The translations under genes and the position numbers were made by a program. The notes under the pieces were generated by a model, which made no database searches, was not told where the DNA came from, and saw only the letters and a program-made list of their open reading frames with translations. A stretch of DNA of 32,000 nucleotides from Turicibacter sp. TJ11 (GTDB taxonomy: Bacteria > Bacillota_I > Bacilli_A > MOL361 > Turicibacteraceae), in contig NZ_CP069349.1 of assembly GCF_021497505.1 (NCBI RefSeq), positions 1,211,131 to 1,243,130 of the forward strand, read 5' to 3'. Shown in pieces: positions 8,773 through 18,105 of this stretch (positions are counted from its first letter, which is position 1; every line of letters starts with the position of its first letter).

Positions 8773-8801
8773 ACTATATGGCCTAAAGAGAGAGGATATG
8801 A
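8773..8801 (-). promoter_or_regulatory. Candidate SigE-type sporulation promoter for spoVM
   Basis: Minus-strand TCATATC - 14 nt - CATATAGT, compared with the B. subtilis SigE consensus as I recall it (KMATATT N14 CATACAMT). About 39 nt upstream of the spoVM ATG. Confidence 0.55.
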
Positions 8802-8808
8802 CTAAAAC

Positions 8809-9438
8809 TTAATCACAGCTATAGATCATTAATAAATAACCACTGCTAAACGACACATTAAACGAGGAATCAATGATTTCATTACTGATACAACGAATAT
8901 CCTCTTGAGTTAACGTGTAATTTTTTAATGGATATTTTAACCCTGTTAAAGTTAGATTTTCAACCGTTGATTCTAGAGCAAAAAAAGAAATATACGGCAA
9001 CCTAGGCTGCTTAATTTCATGTTGCCCTGGAGATAAAATGGTTAGTATATTTTTTTGATCCACTAACGTAATAGAGATTCCCTTTTTGATAAATTGCAAT
9101 AATAAACGAATATTAGCTAAACTATGATCGATTCGACCTCCTAAAGCTCCATAAATAACAACCTCAGTGGCTTGTTTAGCAAGAACTACGTTTAAAGCGA
9201 CTTCTGTATCTGTCTCGTTTTTTTGAGGAGATAACTTAATGATTTCTGATGAACCCTGTTTAATGACCTCAAACTCTAAGTCTGTGACTGAATCAAAATC
9301 ACCAATTGCCAAATTAAGATGTAATCCTTGATTCACGGCTGTTAGTGCCCCGTAATCAACACCAATTACAAAACTTGAACGAATCTCTTCTAAATCTAAC
9401 CATGGCTGAGGCGCTCCGCTAATAATTGCAATCTTCAT
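8809..9438 (-). CDS. thiN: Thiamine pyrophosphokinase
   Basis: VIGVDYGALTAVNQGLHLNLAIGDFDSV...SPQKNETDTEVAL...YGALGGRIDHSLANI. Confidence 0.95.
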   Translation of the reverse strand: MKIAIISGAPQPWLDLEEIRSSFVIGVDYGALTAVNQGLHLNLAIGDFDSVTDLEFEVIKQGSSEIIKLSPQKNETDTEVALNVVLAKQATEVVIYGALGGRIDHSLANIRLLLQFIKKGISITLVDQKNILTILSPGQHEIKQPRLPYISFFALESTVENLTLTGLKYPLKNYTLTQEDIRCISNEIIDSSFNVSFSSGYLLMIYSCD

Positions 9439-9443
9439 GATTA

Positions 9444-10088
9444 TTACCCCTTAATTTTTTGAATGGCTAACGCACGATCAGCAGCGTTAAAAACGGCTGA
9501 TCCAGCGACTACAACATCTGCTCCAGCCATTTCACATAAACGAGCTGTTTCTTCGTTAACTCCACCATCAACTTCAATGATATAAGATAAGTTTTGTTCT
9601 TGACGCCACTGATTTAATGTTGCAACTTTCGATAAGGCATCAGGAATAAATGCCTGCCCACCAAATCCAGGATTAACTGACATAATTAAAATCCAATCCA
9701 CATCATGTAGCACGTGTTTAATCATTTCAAGTGGCGTGTGCGGATTTAAAACGACACCACATTGCATGTCATATTGTTTAATTAATTGTAATGTACGATG
9801 TAAATGACGACACGCCTCTACATGAACCGTAATAATATCAGCTCCAGCATCTTTGAATTCTTTAATATATTGATCGGGATTTTCAATCATTAAATGAACA
9901 TCAAATGGAAGATTCGTATGCGGACGTAAACACTTAACAATTCCTGGACCTAATGTAATATTAGGAACAAAATGACCGTCCATCACATCGATATGAATAT
10001 AATCTGCTCCTAATGAATCAACACATTTCACTTCTTCTGCTAACTTAGAAAAATCAGCGGCTAAAATTGATGGTGCAATTTTTAACAT
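9444..10088 (-). CDS. rpe: Ribulose-phosphate 3-epimerase
   Basis: KIAPSILAADFSKLAEEV, IHIDVMDGHFVPNITLGP, MSVNPGFGGQAFI, EVDGGVNEET. Confidence 0.98.
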   Translation of the reverse strand: MLKIAPSILAADFSKLAEEVKCVDSLGADYIHIDVMDGHFVPNITLGPGIVKCLRPHTNLPFDVHLMIENPDQYIKEFKDAGADIITVHVEACRHLHRTLQLIKQYDMQCGVVLNPHTPLEMIKHVLHDVDWILIMSVNPGFGGQAFIPDALSKVATLNQWRQEQNLSYIIEVDGGVNEETARLCEMAGADVVVAGSAVFNAADRALAIQKIKG

Positions 10089-10106
10089 CTTTTCTACTCC
10101 TTTAAA

Positions 10107-10994
10107 TTAATACTTTGGTTTTCGAGACTTAATTTCAGTTAAAAACTGAAGATAGTTTTCATATCTCGTTGGTAAAATCTCTCCTGTTTCAACAGCTGCT
10201 TTTACAGCACAGCGTGGTTCGTTTTCATGTAAGCAACCTCTAAACTTACACTGTTCAGATCGTTCATAAAACTCAACAAAACATTGTGATAAGTCGATCG
10301 CTTCTAATTGATCAAGATCTAAGGAACTAAATCCTGGAGTATCGGCAATTAAACCATCACTTAGCTTATGTAATTCAACGTGACGAGTCGTATGTTTTCC
10401 ACGCCCAAGTGCCTTAGAAATTTCATTGACTTGAATTTTTAACGTTTGATCAATAGCGTTTAGTAATGAAGATTTTCCTACTCCTGACTGCCCGCAAATG
10501 ACAACAATGCGATCTTTAATTAAATCATTGACCACATTAATTCCTGCATGTTGTTTAGATGACGTTTCGATAACTTCATATCCAATTTGTTTATAGTACT
10601 GAATACTTGAATCGATGGCTTGTCGTTCTTCTTCACTTAATAAATCCATTTTAGTTAAAACAATGATCGGTTCGATTTGATTCATTTCAATAACCGCTAA
10701 AAAACGATCGAGTAATTTAGGGCTAAAGTCTGGTTCTTTGACAGAAAACACAACGAGTGCCAAATCCACATTAGCAATCGGTGGACGAACTAATTCATTT
10801 TTACGAGGCCCAATGTCCATGACATAACCGTTTCCATCCGGCTCAACTAAAAATTCAACATGATCACCAACAAGTGGCGTAATTTTTTGTTTACGAAATA
10901 ATCCACGACTACGACATTGAATCATCTCTTTCGTTTCTTGATCTTCAACATAATAAAATCCACTTAATGCTTTTAAAATAATTCCTTTTTTCAA
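10107..10994 (-). CDS. rsgA: Ribosome small subunit-dependent GTPase A
   Basis: VLTKMDL, GQSGVGKSSLLNAI, GRGKHTTRHVEL, DTPGFSSLDL, and the zinc-site pattern FVEFYERSEQCKFRGCLHENEPRCAVK. Confidence 0.97.
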   Translation of the reverse strand: MKKGIILKALSGFYYVEDQETKEMIQCRSRGLFRKQKITPLVGDHVEFLVEPDGNGYVMDIGPRKNELVRPPIANVDLALVVFSVKEPDFSPKLLDRFLAVIEMNQIEPIIVLTKMDLLSEEERQAIDSSIQYYKQIGYEVIETSSKQHAGINVVNDLIKDRIVVICGQSGVGKSSLLNAIDQTLKIQVNEISKALGRGKHTTRHVELHKLSDGLIADTPGFSSLDLDQLEAIDLSQCFVEFYERSEQCKFRGCLHENEPRCAVKAAVETGEILPTRYENYLQFLTEIKSRKPKY

Positions 10995-11040
10995 GTTATC
11001 ACCTACTAAATGATAAATTCTTTTATCATTTGATTCTTCT

Positions 11041-12363
11041 TTATTCTTCTTGATCGGTTGAAGATGATTTTTCTGGTGTTTTAGCGACGTATAACGTGAT
11101 ACTTGAATTCACCTTAACGCGTGTTCCAATCGATGGTGAGGTTTTAAATACATCTCCATCTTCGTAATTTTCATCTTCAATATAAATAACACTTCCATAC
11201 TTAAGGCCAATTTCACTTAGTTCTTTTTCTGCCTCTGATACAGTCATGGTTGAAATATCAGGAACATGAACTTCAGCTACTTTATGCTTAGCAGGTTGAT
11301 AAATAATGATGTAATACAAAATCATCGCTAAAATAATAAATACTGTAAAAGAGACTAAGATAGCTGAGTTTAAGAAGCCAAATTTCTTTTGCATGTTTCC
11401 TTTTCGCTTCTTAGATGGACGACCTTTTGTTGCTTTTTTCGCCATTTCTTCAGATACCTCCTTCTTCAAGTCCGTCATCACCATTGTTTTTTCTAAATCT
11501 TCTTCTTTTAAACTTCCATTTAATAACGGCTCATCTGCACGCTCAGTTGCCAAAGCTGACTTAAGATCAACTAGCAACTCAGTCACACTATGATAACGAT
11601 CAGCCGGAACCTTACATGTACAGCGCTTAATAATATTATCTAAACTATTTGGTAAGTCTTCATTCACTAATTTAATCGATGGCATTTCGGCTTCTAAATG
11701 TTGAAGCGCAATATTAACGGCTCCCTCACCTTTAAATGGAACATCTCCCGTTAATAACTCATATAAAATAATTCCTAACGCATAAATGTCTGATCGCTCT
11801 GTTGCTAAATTTCCGCGTGCAAGCTCTGGTGCTAAATAATGAACCGATCCCATAATCGTATTCGTTTGAGTCACATCTGCTTCATTGCTCGAAAGAGCAA
11901 TTCCAAAGTCTGTGATTTTAACAACTTGTTCATCCGTAATCATGATATTTTGCGTTTTAAGATCACGATGAATAATTTTATTTTGATGAGCATATAAGAC
12001 CCCTTCAGCTAATTGCGTCATAATATGCATCGCTATTTGAGGATCCAGCGCTTTATGTTCACGCAAATAATCTTTCAGTGTTTTTCCCTTTACATACTCC
12101 ATGACAATAAATGGTTGTTGTTTGTAATCACCTACTGTATAAACATGAACAATGTTTGGATGATCTAAATTAATGACTTGTGCTGATTCTCGTTTAAATC
12201 GCTTGATAAATCGTTCATCCTTTGATAGTTCATAACGTAACATTTTAATAGCCACATGTCTTTTTAACGTACGATCATAGGCTAAATAAACATTAGCCAT
12301 CCCACCATCACCGATCAACATCTTAATATCATATCGTGAATTAATGGTTGTCCCGATAATCAT
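11041..12363 (-). CDS. prkC: PASTA-domain serine/threonine protein kinase
   Basis: GDGGMANVYLAYD, HRDLKTQNIMI, TDFGIALS, SDIYALGIILYELLTG. A TM segment (LNSAILVSFTVFIILAMILYYIIIY) is followed by one PASTA-like repeat. Confidence 0.96.
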   Translation of the reverse strand: MIIGTTINSRYDIKMLIGDGGMANVYLAYDRTLKRHVAIKMLRYELSKDERFIKRFKRESAQVINLDHPNIVHVYTVGDYKQQPFIVMEYVKGKTLKDYLREHKALDPQIAMHIMTQLAEGVLYAHQNKIIHRDLKTQNIMITDEQVVKITDFGIALSSNEADVTQTNTIMGSVHYLAPELARGNLATERSDIYALGIILYELLTGDVPFKGEGAVNIALQHLEAEMPSIKLVNEDLPNSLDNIIKRCTCKVPADRYHSVTELLVDLKSALATERADEPLLNGSLKEEDLEKTMVMTDLKKEVSEEMAKKATKGRPSKKRKGNMQKKFGFLNSAILVSFTVFIILAMILYYIIIYQPAKHKVAEVHVPDISTMTVSEAEKELSEIGLKYGSVIYIEDENYEDGDVFKTSPSIGTRVKVNSSITLYVAKTPEKSSSTDQEE

Positions 12364-13112
12364 AGACAGTCACTCCCTTCGAGGCTTTCACATAAGGCAA
12401 CAGATATATTATCAGTTCCTCCGTTACGATTTGCCAATTCAATTAGTAAATTTACTTTTTCTTCTGTTGATCTTTTTTCATTTAAGATAGAAAGAATTTC
12501 TTGATCATCCACCATCGATGTTAATCCATCCGTACAAAGTAAAATGGCATCTAACTGATAACGTTCTAACACTAAATAGTCAAATTTTAATGATTTGTTC
12601 ACCCCAAGAGCATTCATGATAATGTTACGATGCGGATGATTCTTAGCTTCTTGCTCAGATAACTTACCTTCCTCAACAAGTTTACGAACAAACGTATGAT
12701 CTTTTGTAATTTGTCTTAATTGGTCATGAGATAAAACATATGCTCGACTATCCCCGATATGTGCAAATGCGATAAAAGACTCTGTCATCACGGCGACAAT
12801 GGCTGTTGTTCCCATTCCATGTGAAAGATGATGTTCTTCAATATAACTCAAAATATTTTCATTAACTTGTTGTAATAATTGCTTTAACCATTTTCTGAGC
12901 ACCTCAGAATCATTAAAAATTAAATCCTCATTAAAATGCTCTTCAATGCTATGCAGTACCATCGCACTAGCCACTTCTCCAGCTTCATGGCCTCCCATAC
13001 CATCGGCAATGACTACGATTGTACAATTTTGATTTTTATAAATTTTAACAGCATCTTCGTTGTGTGGTCGAATTTTTCCAATATCAGTCTTATAACACAT
13101 CTGGTCAAACAT
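12360..13112 (-). CDS. prpC: PP2C-family Stp1/PrpC protein phosphatase
   Basis: VVIADGMGGHEAGEVAS, GMGTTAIVAV, AHIGDSRAYV, LLCTDGLTSMV, GGTDNISVAL. Overlaps prkC by 4 bp. Confidence 0.96.
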   Translation of the reverse strand: MFDQMCYKTDIGKIRPHNEDAVKIYKNQNCTIVVIADGMGGHEAGEVASAMVLHSIEEHFNEDLIFNDSEVLRKWLKQLLQQVNENILSYIEEHHLSHGMGTTAIVAVMTESFIAFAHIGDSRAYVLSHDQLRQITKDHTFVRKLVEEGKLSEQEAKNHPHRNIIMNALGVNKSLKFDYLVLERYQLDAILLCTDGLTSMVDDQEILSILNEKRSTEEKVNLLIELANRNGGTDNISVALCESLEGSDCL

Positions 13113-13113
13113 T

Positions 13114-14199
13114 TTATAAAGCCCCCTCTTTAGCTCTTAACTGCCCACAAGCCGCGTCAATGTCACTTCCTAACTCGCGTCGAACAGTTGCATTTATCCC
13201 ACGTTTTTTCAATGTCTTCTCAAATTGTTCAATATGTTCAAGTGGTGTACGATCAAATCCACGTTCTGGAACGTAATTCACTGGTATTAAATTAATGTGG
13301 CAATTAAGCCCTTTAACTAAATCGGCTAATTGATTCGCACACTCTACCGTATCATTCACATTTTTAATCAATCCATATTCAAAAGTAATTCGTCGGTTCG
13401 TTTCATTCACATAAAAGTGTGCCGCTTGCATTAATTTTTCTAACGGATAGGCACGATTAATTGGCATCAACGTTGTACGTAATTCATCCGTTGGGGCATG
13501 AAGCGAGATAGCAAACGAAACTTGAGGATGATCAGCAGCAAAATTATAAATTTTAGGAACGATCCCACTTGTTGAAACTGTAATGTGTCGTGCTCCAATA
13601 TTTAAACCTTTTTCATTATTAATAATATTAATGAATTGAGAGAGATTCTCATAATTTTCAAAAGGTTCCCCAATTCCCATGACAACGATGTGACTTACAC
13701 GATCATCTGTCTCATCTAAGTATTGTTGAACACGTAATACTTGGCTAACAATTTCTCCCGCTTCTAAATTACGTTTTAACCCACTTAATGTCGAAGCACA
13801 GAACTTACATCCGATGCGACATCCAACCTGTGTCGTCACACAAACAGAACATCCATACTTATGTCGCATTAATACCGTTTCAATTAAGTTTCCATCAGCT
13901 AATTCAAATAAAAACTTTGTCGTCCCGTCACTTGCTACTTGTTTTTTACGTTCTGATAACGTAGTAAAATCAAACGATTCACTTAATAAAGCTTTTAAAT
14001 CTTTTGGTAAGTTACTCATCTCATCAATTGTTTTAACACGTTTTTTATATAACCAATCAAAGATTTGTGACGCTCTAAATTTAGGTTGTTTATTAGCGAC
14101 TAACCAATCTTGCCAATCTGTCATATCTAAACTAAAAATGGATTTAAACTCCATATTAGCACCACCATTTCTACTAAATTCATCTAAATTATAACTCAT
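13114..14199 (-). CDS. rlmN: 23S rRNA (adenine2503-C2)-methyltransferase RlmN
   Basis: Radical SAM motif [30 protein letters not shown]-type substrate region [16 protein letters not shown]. Confidence 0.97.
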   Translation of the reverse strand: MSYNLDEFSRNGGANMEFKSIFSLDMTDWQDWLVANKQPKFRASQIFDWLYKKRVKTIDEMSNLPKDLKALLSESFDFTTLSERKKQVASDGTTKFLFELADGNLIETVLMRHKYGCSVCVTTQVGCRIGCKFCASTLSGLKRNLEAGEIVSQVLRVQQYLDETDDRVSHIVVMGIGEPFENYENLSQFINIINNEKGLNIGARHITVSTSGIVPKIYNFAADHPQVSFAISLHAPTDELRTTLMPINRAYPLEKLMQAAHFYVNETNRRITFEYGLIKNVNDTVECANQLADLVKGLNCHINLIPVNYVPERGFDRTPLEHIEQFEKTLKKRGINATVRRELGSDIDAACGQLRAKEGAL

Positions 14200-14354
14200 T
14201 CATTATGTTTACTTCCTAAAAAATAAGAAAGTAAATTAAACAGTCTTTTTGAGTTCAATTAGCTCTCTTTAAATGATCATCCTTTATCTATATGAATCGG
14301 CCTTCTCTTTATTATCGGGCGAAACGATCGATTCTCATGCATGTTTTATCACGA

Positions 14355-15686
14355 TTAGCCTTGACGTTTTAAACAAGCGATAAAAAATCCATCCGTTTGA
14401 TAGTCACCTGGAAATAATTGAACCATTCCATGCTGTGTTTGATCGCTTAAAGCATCGGGAAGTCGTTTAACTAAGGTTGAATCAAGTTCATAATCTGAAT
14501 GTTGACCTAAAAATTGTTCAATCATTTTATCATTTTCTTTACGATTCACTGTACACGTACTGTAAACGAGTGTTCCTCCTGGTTTTAAAAGAGGAGCAAC
14601 TGTATTTAAAATCTGTTTTTGAATACTCGTAATTTCATCAAGATCGGATGGTTTTTTTGTCAACTTCACTTCAGGATGTCGTCTTAAAATTCCTAGTCCT
14701 GAACAAGGAGCATCCACTAAAATGGCATCGAAACTTTCAGCTTCATAGCGTTCATTTAACGTCATTGCATCTTGTAATGTTGCGACCACATTCGTTAATC
14801 CTAGTCGATTGACATTAGCTTCAATGAGTTTGATTTTATGATCATACACATCATGCGCATATACCGTTCCCGTTTGACGCATGATTTCAGCGAGATGTGT
14901 TGTTTTTCCACCTGGTGCTGAGCAAGTATCCAATACTTTTGAATGATGTTTTGGTTTTAATGCTCGACCGACTAGCATAGATGATTCATCTTGAACATAA
15001 AACCACCCTTGTTCAAATGCTTTTGTTTGAATGACATTTCCTTTTAACACGACTAAAGCATCTTCACTTAACGATCCATAAGTACATGTAATTCCTTCAG
15101 ATTCAAGTTTTTGTTTTAACTCTTCACGCGTTCCTTTAACACCATTGACACGAATCGTGACATGAACACGCTCATTGTTAGCCTTCGCCATTTGAACCGC
15201 TTTTTCATAACCATATTGCTTACTCCATAATTTAATTAACCAAAGCGGATGTGACGTTTCAATTGCTAAACGTTCCTCTTGATCTTTAATGGTTTCAAAA
15301 CTTGGTAATGGCGTACGCATGATCTCTCTTAAAATAGCATTGACTAATTTTCCATTAAACTGCCCGCCACGTTTTTTGGCAATCGTTACAGCTTCAGAAA
15401 TAGCTGCATGCTCTGGAACACTATCTAAAAATAAAATTTGATATAAAGTCATTTGGATTAAAATGCGAATCCATGCTTTCACTTTTCCTTTAAAGAATGG
15501 CGTTACATAAAAATTTAATAATTGTTCATGCTGTAACGTTCCATAAACTAATTCAGTCATAAAGTTTTTATCTTGAACTGTTAACTCATTTTTTTCAATT
15601 TGTTCGCTTAAAGCATGATTGCTATAAGCTCCTTCTATTAAAATATCGGTTAACGTCTGCAATGCCAATTCTCGGGCATTTGCCAT
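14355..15686 (-). CDS. rsmB: 16S rRNA (cytosine967-C5)-methyltransferase RsmB
   Basis: N-terminal NusB-like region (LQTLTDILIEG...FMTELVYGT), VLDTCSAPGGKTTHLAE, DAILVDAPCSGLGILRRHPE, LVYSTCTVNRKEN. Confidence 0.97.
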   Translation of the reverse strand: MANARELALQTLTDILIEGAYSNHALSEQIEKNELTVQDKNFMTELVYGTLQHEQLLNFYVTPFFKGKVKAWIRILIQMTLYQILFLDSVPEHAAISEAVTIAKKRGGQFNGKLVNAILREIMRTPLPSFETIKDQEERLAIETSHPLWLIKLWSKQYGYEKAVQMAKANNERVHVTIRVNGVKGTREELKQKLESEGITCTYGSLSEDALVVLKGNVIQTKAFEQGWFYVQDESSMLVGRALKPKHHSKVLDTCSAPGGKTTHLAEIMRQTGTVYAHDVYDHKIKLIEANVNRLGLTNVVATLQDAMTLNERYEAESFDAILVDAPCSGLGILRRHPEVKLTKKPSDLDEITSIQKQILNTVAPLLKPGGTLVYSTCTVNRKENDKMIEQFLGQHSDYELDSTLVKRLPDALSDQTQHGMVQLFPGDYQTDGFFIACLKRQG

Positions 15687-15829
15687 AATATCACTCCGTT
15701 CTCCTGCTTGTCTGTTATATGTCTAGTGATGTCATTTTATATTATAACATAATCTGCCTACTTTCATCTGCGATTTCACACAATTATCCCCTAAATTCAT
15801 CACCCTTTCTTGAAACGAATAAAAACAAT

Positions 15830-15862
15830 AAAAAGCTGCTTCTTTATCAGAAACAGCTTTTT
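15830..15862 (-). terminator. Hairpin terminator downstream of YitT paralog 1
   Basis: AAAAAGCTG...CAGCTTTTT inverted repeat next to the ORF stop. Confidence 0.75.
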
Positions 15863-15864
15863 AC

Positions 15865-16746
15865 TTATTGAGCTTTATCGACAATTTTGCGTCCAAAGTT
15901 CCCTTGAATTCGTGAACTTTGTAAAACATTTGTAAATGAGTTTGGATCCACTTCATTTAACAGTTGTAATGCAATGTATAATTCATAACTTGAAACGACC
16001 ATCATTAATAAACTACGATTTTGATGCGTGTAAGCCCCTTCTGCATTAATAATAGTAATCCCACGCCCTAAACGGCTTTGTAAAGTTGAAATCACTTCTT
16101 CTTGTTTATTTGTAACAATAAAGACAGTATAACTTTGATGTGGAGTATGTATGCGGTCAATAATTTGCATTTGTACAAAAATTAATAAAATTGTATATAA
16201 TGCCACTTCCCACCCATCAAAGTAGCCAGCAATTGCGATAATCACACAGTTAACAGCAAAAGAATATTGTCCAAACGACCCTTGAGTTCTCATCGATAAA
16301 ATTTGTGATAGGATATCAAGTCCTCCGGTTGATCCACCATACTTTAAAATGGTTCCTCCACCTAAAGCATAAATCATTCCACCAACGACAATATTTAATA
16401 AGACATCGTCTGATAAAGTAATCTCAGGAATAATATTTAAACTCAGTGTCATAAACGTAACCGTATATAACGTATGGTAGGTAAATCTTTTACCTATAAA
16501 TTTGTATGAAATTAACAATAATGGAATATTAATCGACCAAATTAATAACCCTAAATTAATTTTAATTCCAAAAGACGTATACAAGAGGCGGCTAATTAAC
16601 TGTGAAATCCCTGTCACACCACCGACATACAACCCCGATGGATTAATAAACCAGTTGATTCCTATGGCAAATAATAACGTCCCAACCGAAATCATTGCTA
16701 GACTTTTAAATTCTTTTCTAAAGTGTTCTGTCTTTACTATACCCAT
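15865..16746 (-). CDS. YitT family membrane protein (DUF2179 C-terminus), paralog 1
   Basis: GLYVGGVTGISQLISRLLY, GGSTGGLDILSQILSMR, and a C-terminal DUF2179-like region. Start likely ATG at 16746 (MGIVKTEHF) after GGAGGAAG, downstream of the ORF-track start. Confidence 0.9.
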   Translation of the reverse strand: MGIVKTEHFRKEFKSLAMISVGTLLFAIGINWFINPSGLYVGGVTGISQLISRLLYTSFGIKINLGLLIWSINIPLLLISYKFIGKRFTYHTLYTVTFMTLSLNIIPEITLSDDVLLNIVVGGMIYALGGGTILKYGGSTGGLDILSQILSMRTQGSFGQYSFAVNCVIIAIAGYFDGWEVALYTILLIFVQMQIIDRIHTPHQSYTVFIVTNKQEEVISTLQSRLGRGITIINAEGAYTHQNRSLLMMVVSSYELYIALQLLNEVDPNSFTNVLQSSRIQGNFGRKIVDKAQ

Positions 16747-16925
16747 TCCTAACTTCCTCCACTTCCGTTTACCCCGAAGCCTTTCTTCTTTCAAACGGAA
16801 TCATGTTTTAATTCTTGTGAAATTATAACATGATTTTTGAAGATATGAAATGAAAAATTTGTTACTATTTTGTGAACTTTTCTTCATCTAATTTTTGATC
16901 TTTTCAAAAGTTTGAAACAAATATA

Positions 16926-16950
16926 AAAAAGCGTCCAAAAGACGCTTTTT
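16926..16950 (-). terminator. Hairpin terminator after the 60-aa ORF
   Basis: AAAAAGCGTC-CAAAA-GACGCTTTTT. Confidence 0.88.
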
Positions 16951-17131
16951 AGGTTTCATATATAACCATCGCAGAATAACTATAAACCTGTCCTTCTGTA
17001 TCACTAAAATGTGAAATTGAGTACTTAATATCTACGACGGATTGATAAGGTAATGTTTTTAAAAATTCATTGACGACAGTTTCTAAGTCGAGCTCATGTT
17101 CTTCATCAAAACACTTTACTTGAATTGCCAT
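16949..17131 (-). CDS. Cse60-like sporulation small protein (60 aa), tentative
   Basis: MAIQVKCFDEEHELDLETVVNEFLKTLPYQSVVDIKYSISHF...VYSYSAMVIYET. Length and VKxFDExHExDLExxVNxFL/VxDIKYS/YSAMVIY layout match my recollection of Cse60. Preceded by AGGAGGGG. Confidence 0.65.
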   Translation of the reverse strand: MAIQVKCFDEEHELDLETVVNEFLKTLPYQSVVDIKYSISHFSDTEGQVYSYSAMVIYET

Positions 17132-17203
17132 CTACTTCCCCTCCTATCACAAGTAGAGATAGGATATCACGTGAAAGTTTTAATTTTTGTCAAAAACCCC
17201 CAC

Positions 17204-18076
17204 TTATTTAATTTCTTTTCTAACAAAATGTCCTTGAATCATTTCACTTTGAACCACATTAGTAAATGAATGCTCATCAACCATTTTAATGACAGCTAAT
17301 GCTTCATATAACTCATAGCTAGATAAAACCATCATTAAAACACTTTTATTATTTTTTGTATAAGCTCCTCGGCCTTCTAAAACAGTAATCCCTCGATAAA
17401 GTTGCTGCTGAAGCGATTCAATCATTTCTTCTTCCTTACTTGTTACGATATATAACGTTAAGTTTTGATGAACGGTATGAATTTTATCAACGACAACAGA
17501 AGTAATATAAATTGAGATAATCGTATATAACGCCGTTTCCCAACTTTGTGTCACTCCAGCTAAGACAATAATCACGGCATTAATGGCAAATGAATATTTT
17601 CCAAATGAACCATTAACTTTCATCGAAAGATATTGTGAAATAATATCTGTTCCTCCGGTAGAGGCACCAATTTTTAAGATCATGCCTAGTCCAACACCAA
17701 TTAATACGCCACCAAAGACAGCATTTAATAAAATGTCATCAGAAAATATTCCAATTGGTACCAATTCTAAAATGACTGATTGCAACACAACAGCCACAAT
17801 ACTTAAGAAAGCAAATCGTTTACCAATTGAGCGCCAAGCTAAATAAAGTAGTGGCACATTTAAGATGAAGATTAACGATCCTAAGCTTAACTGGATACCT
17901 GTGGTTGAAAAGACAAAGGCGATAATTAACTGTGAAATCCCTGTCACACCACCCGTATATAAATTAGCAGGTGTTATAAACATATTCATCGCTAAAACAT
18001 ATAAAAATGATCCAATGATCATAATACCTAAGTTTTTCAACTTAACCGAAACCTGCTCATGCTTCAAAATATTCAT
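17204..18076 (-). CDS. YitT family membrane protein (DUF2179 C-terminus), paralog 2
   Basis: NLYTGGVTGISQLIIAFVF, KIGASTGGTDIISQYLSMKVNGSFGKYSFAINAVIIV. Close similarity to 15865-16746. Confidence 0.9.
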   Translation of the reverse strand: MNILKHEQVSVKLKNLGIMIIGSFLYVLAMNMFITPANLYTGGVTGISQLIIAFVFSTTGIQLSLGSLIFILNVPLLYLAWRSIGKRFAFLSIVAVVLQSVILELVPIGIFSDDILLNAVFGGVLIGVGLGMILKIGASTGGTDIISQYLSMKVNGSFGKYSFAINAVIIVLAGVTQSWETALYTIISIYITSVVVDKIHTVHQNLTLYIVTSKEEEMIESLQQQLYRGITVLEGRGAYTKNNKSVLMMVLSSYELYEALAVIKMVDEHSFTNVVQSEMIQGHFVRKEIK

Positions 18077-18105
18077 CTATCGCACCCTCCATCTTTGATG
18101 TCAGT

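Noticed and set aside
13064-14194. Plus-strand ORFs (70 aa, 126 aa) over prpC/rlmN
   Set aside because: Antisense to rlmN and the prpC start. The conserved radical-SAM frame explains the openness.
14200-14354. Possible riboswitch or leader between rsmB and rlmN
   Set aside because: The 155-bp gap shows no clear hairpin-plus-T-tract or conserved aptamer motif by eye.
16502-18098. Plus-strand ORFs opposite the YitT genes (108, 87, 77 aa)
   Set aside because: Antisense shadows. Their similar GINNIx/IPVTPP strings come from the paralogous YitT genes on the other strand.
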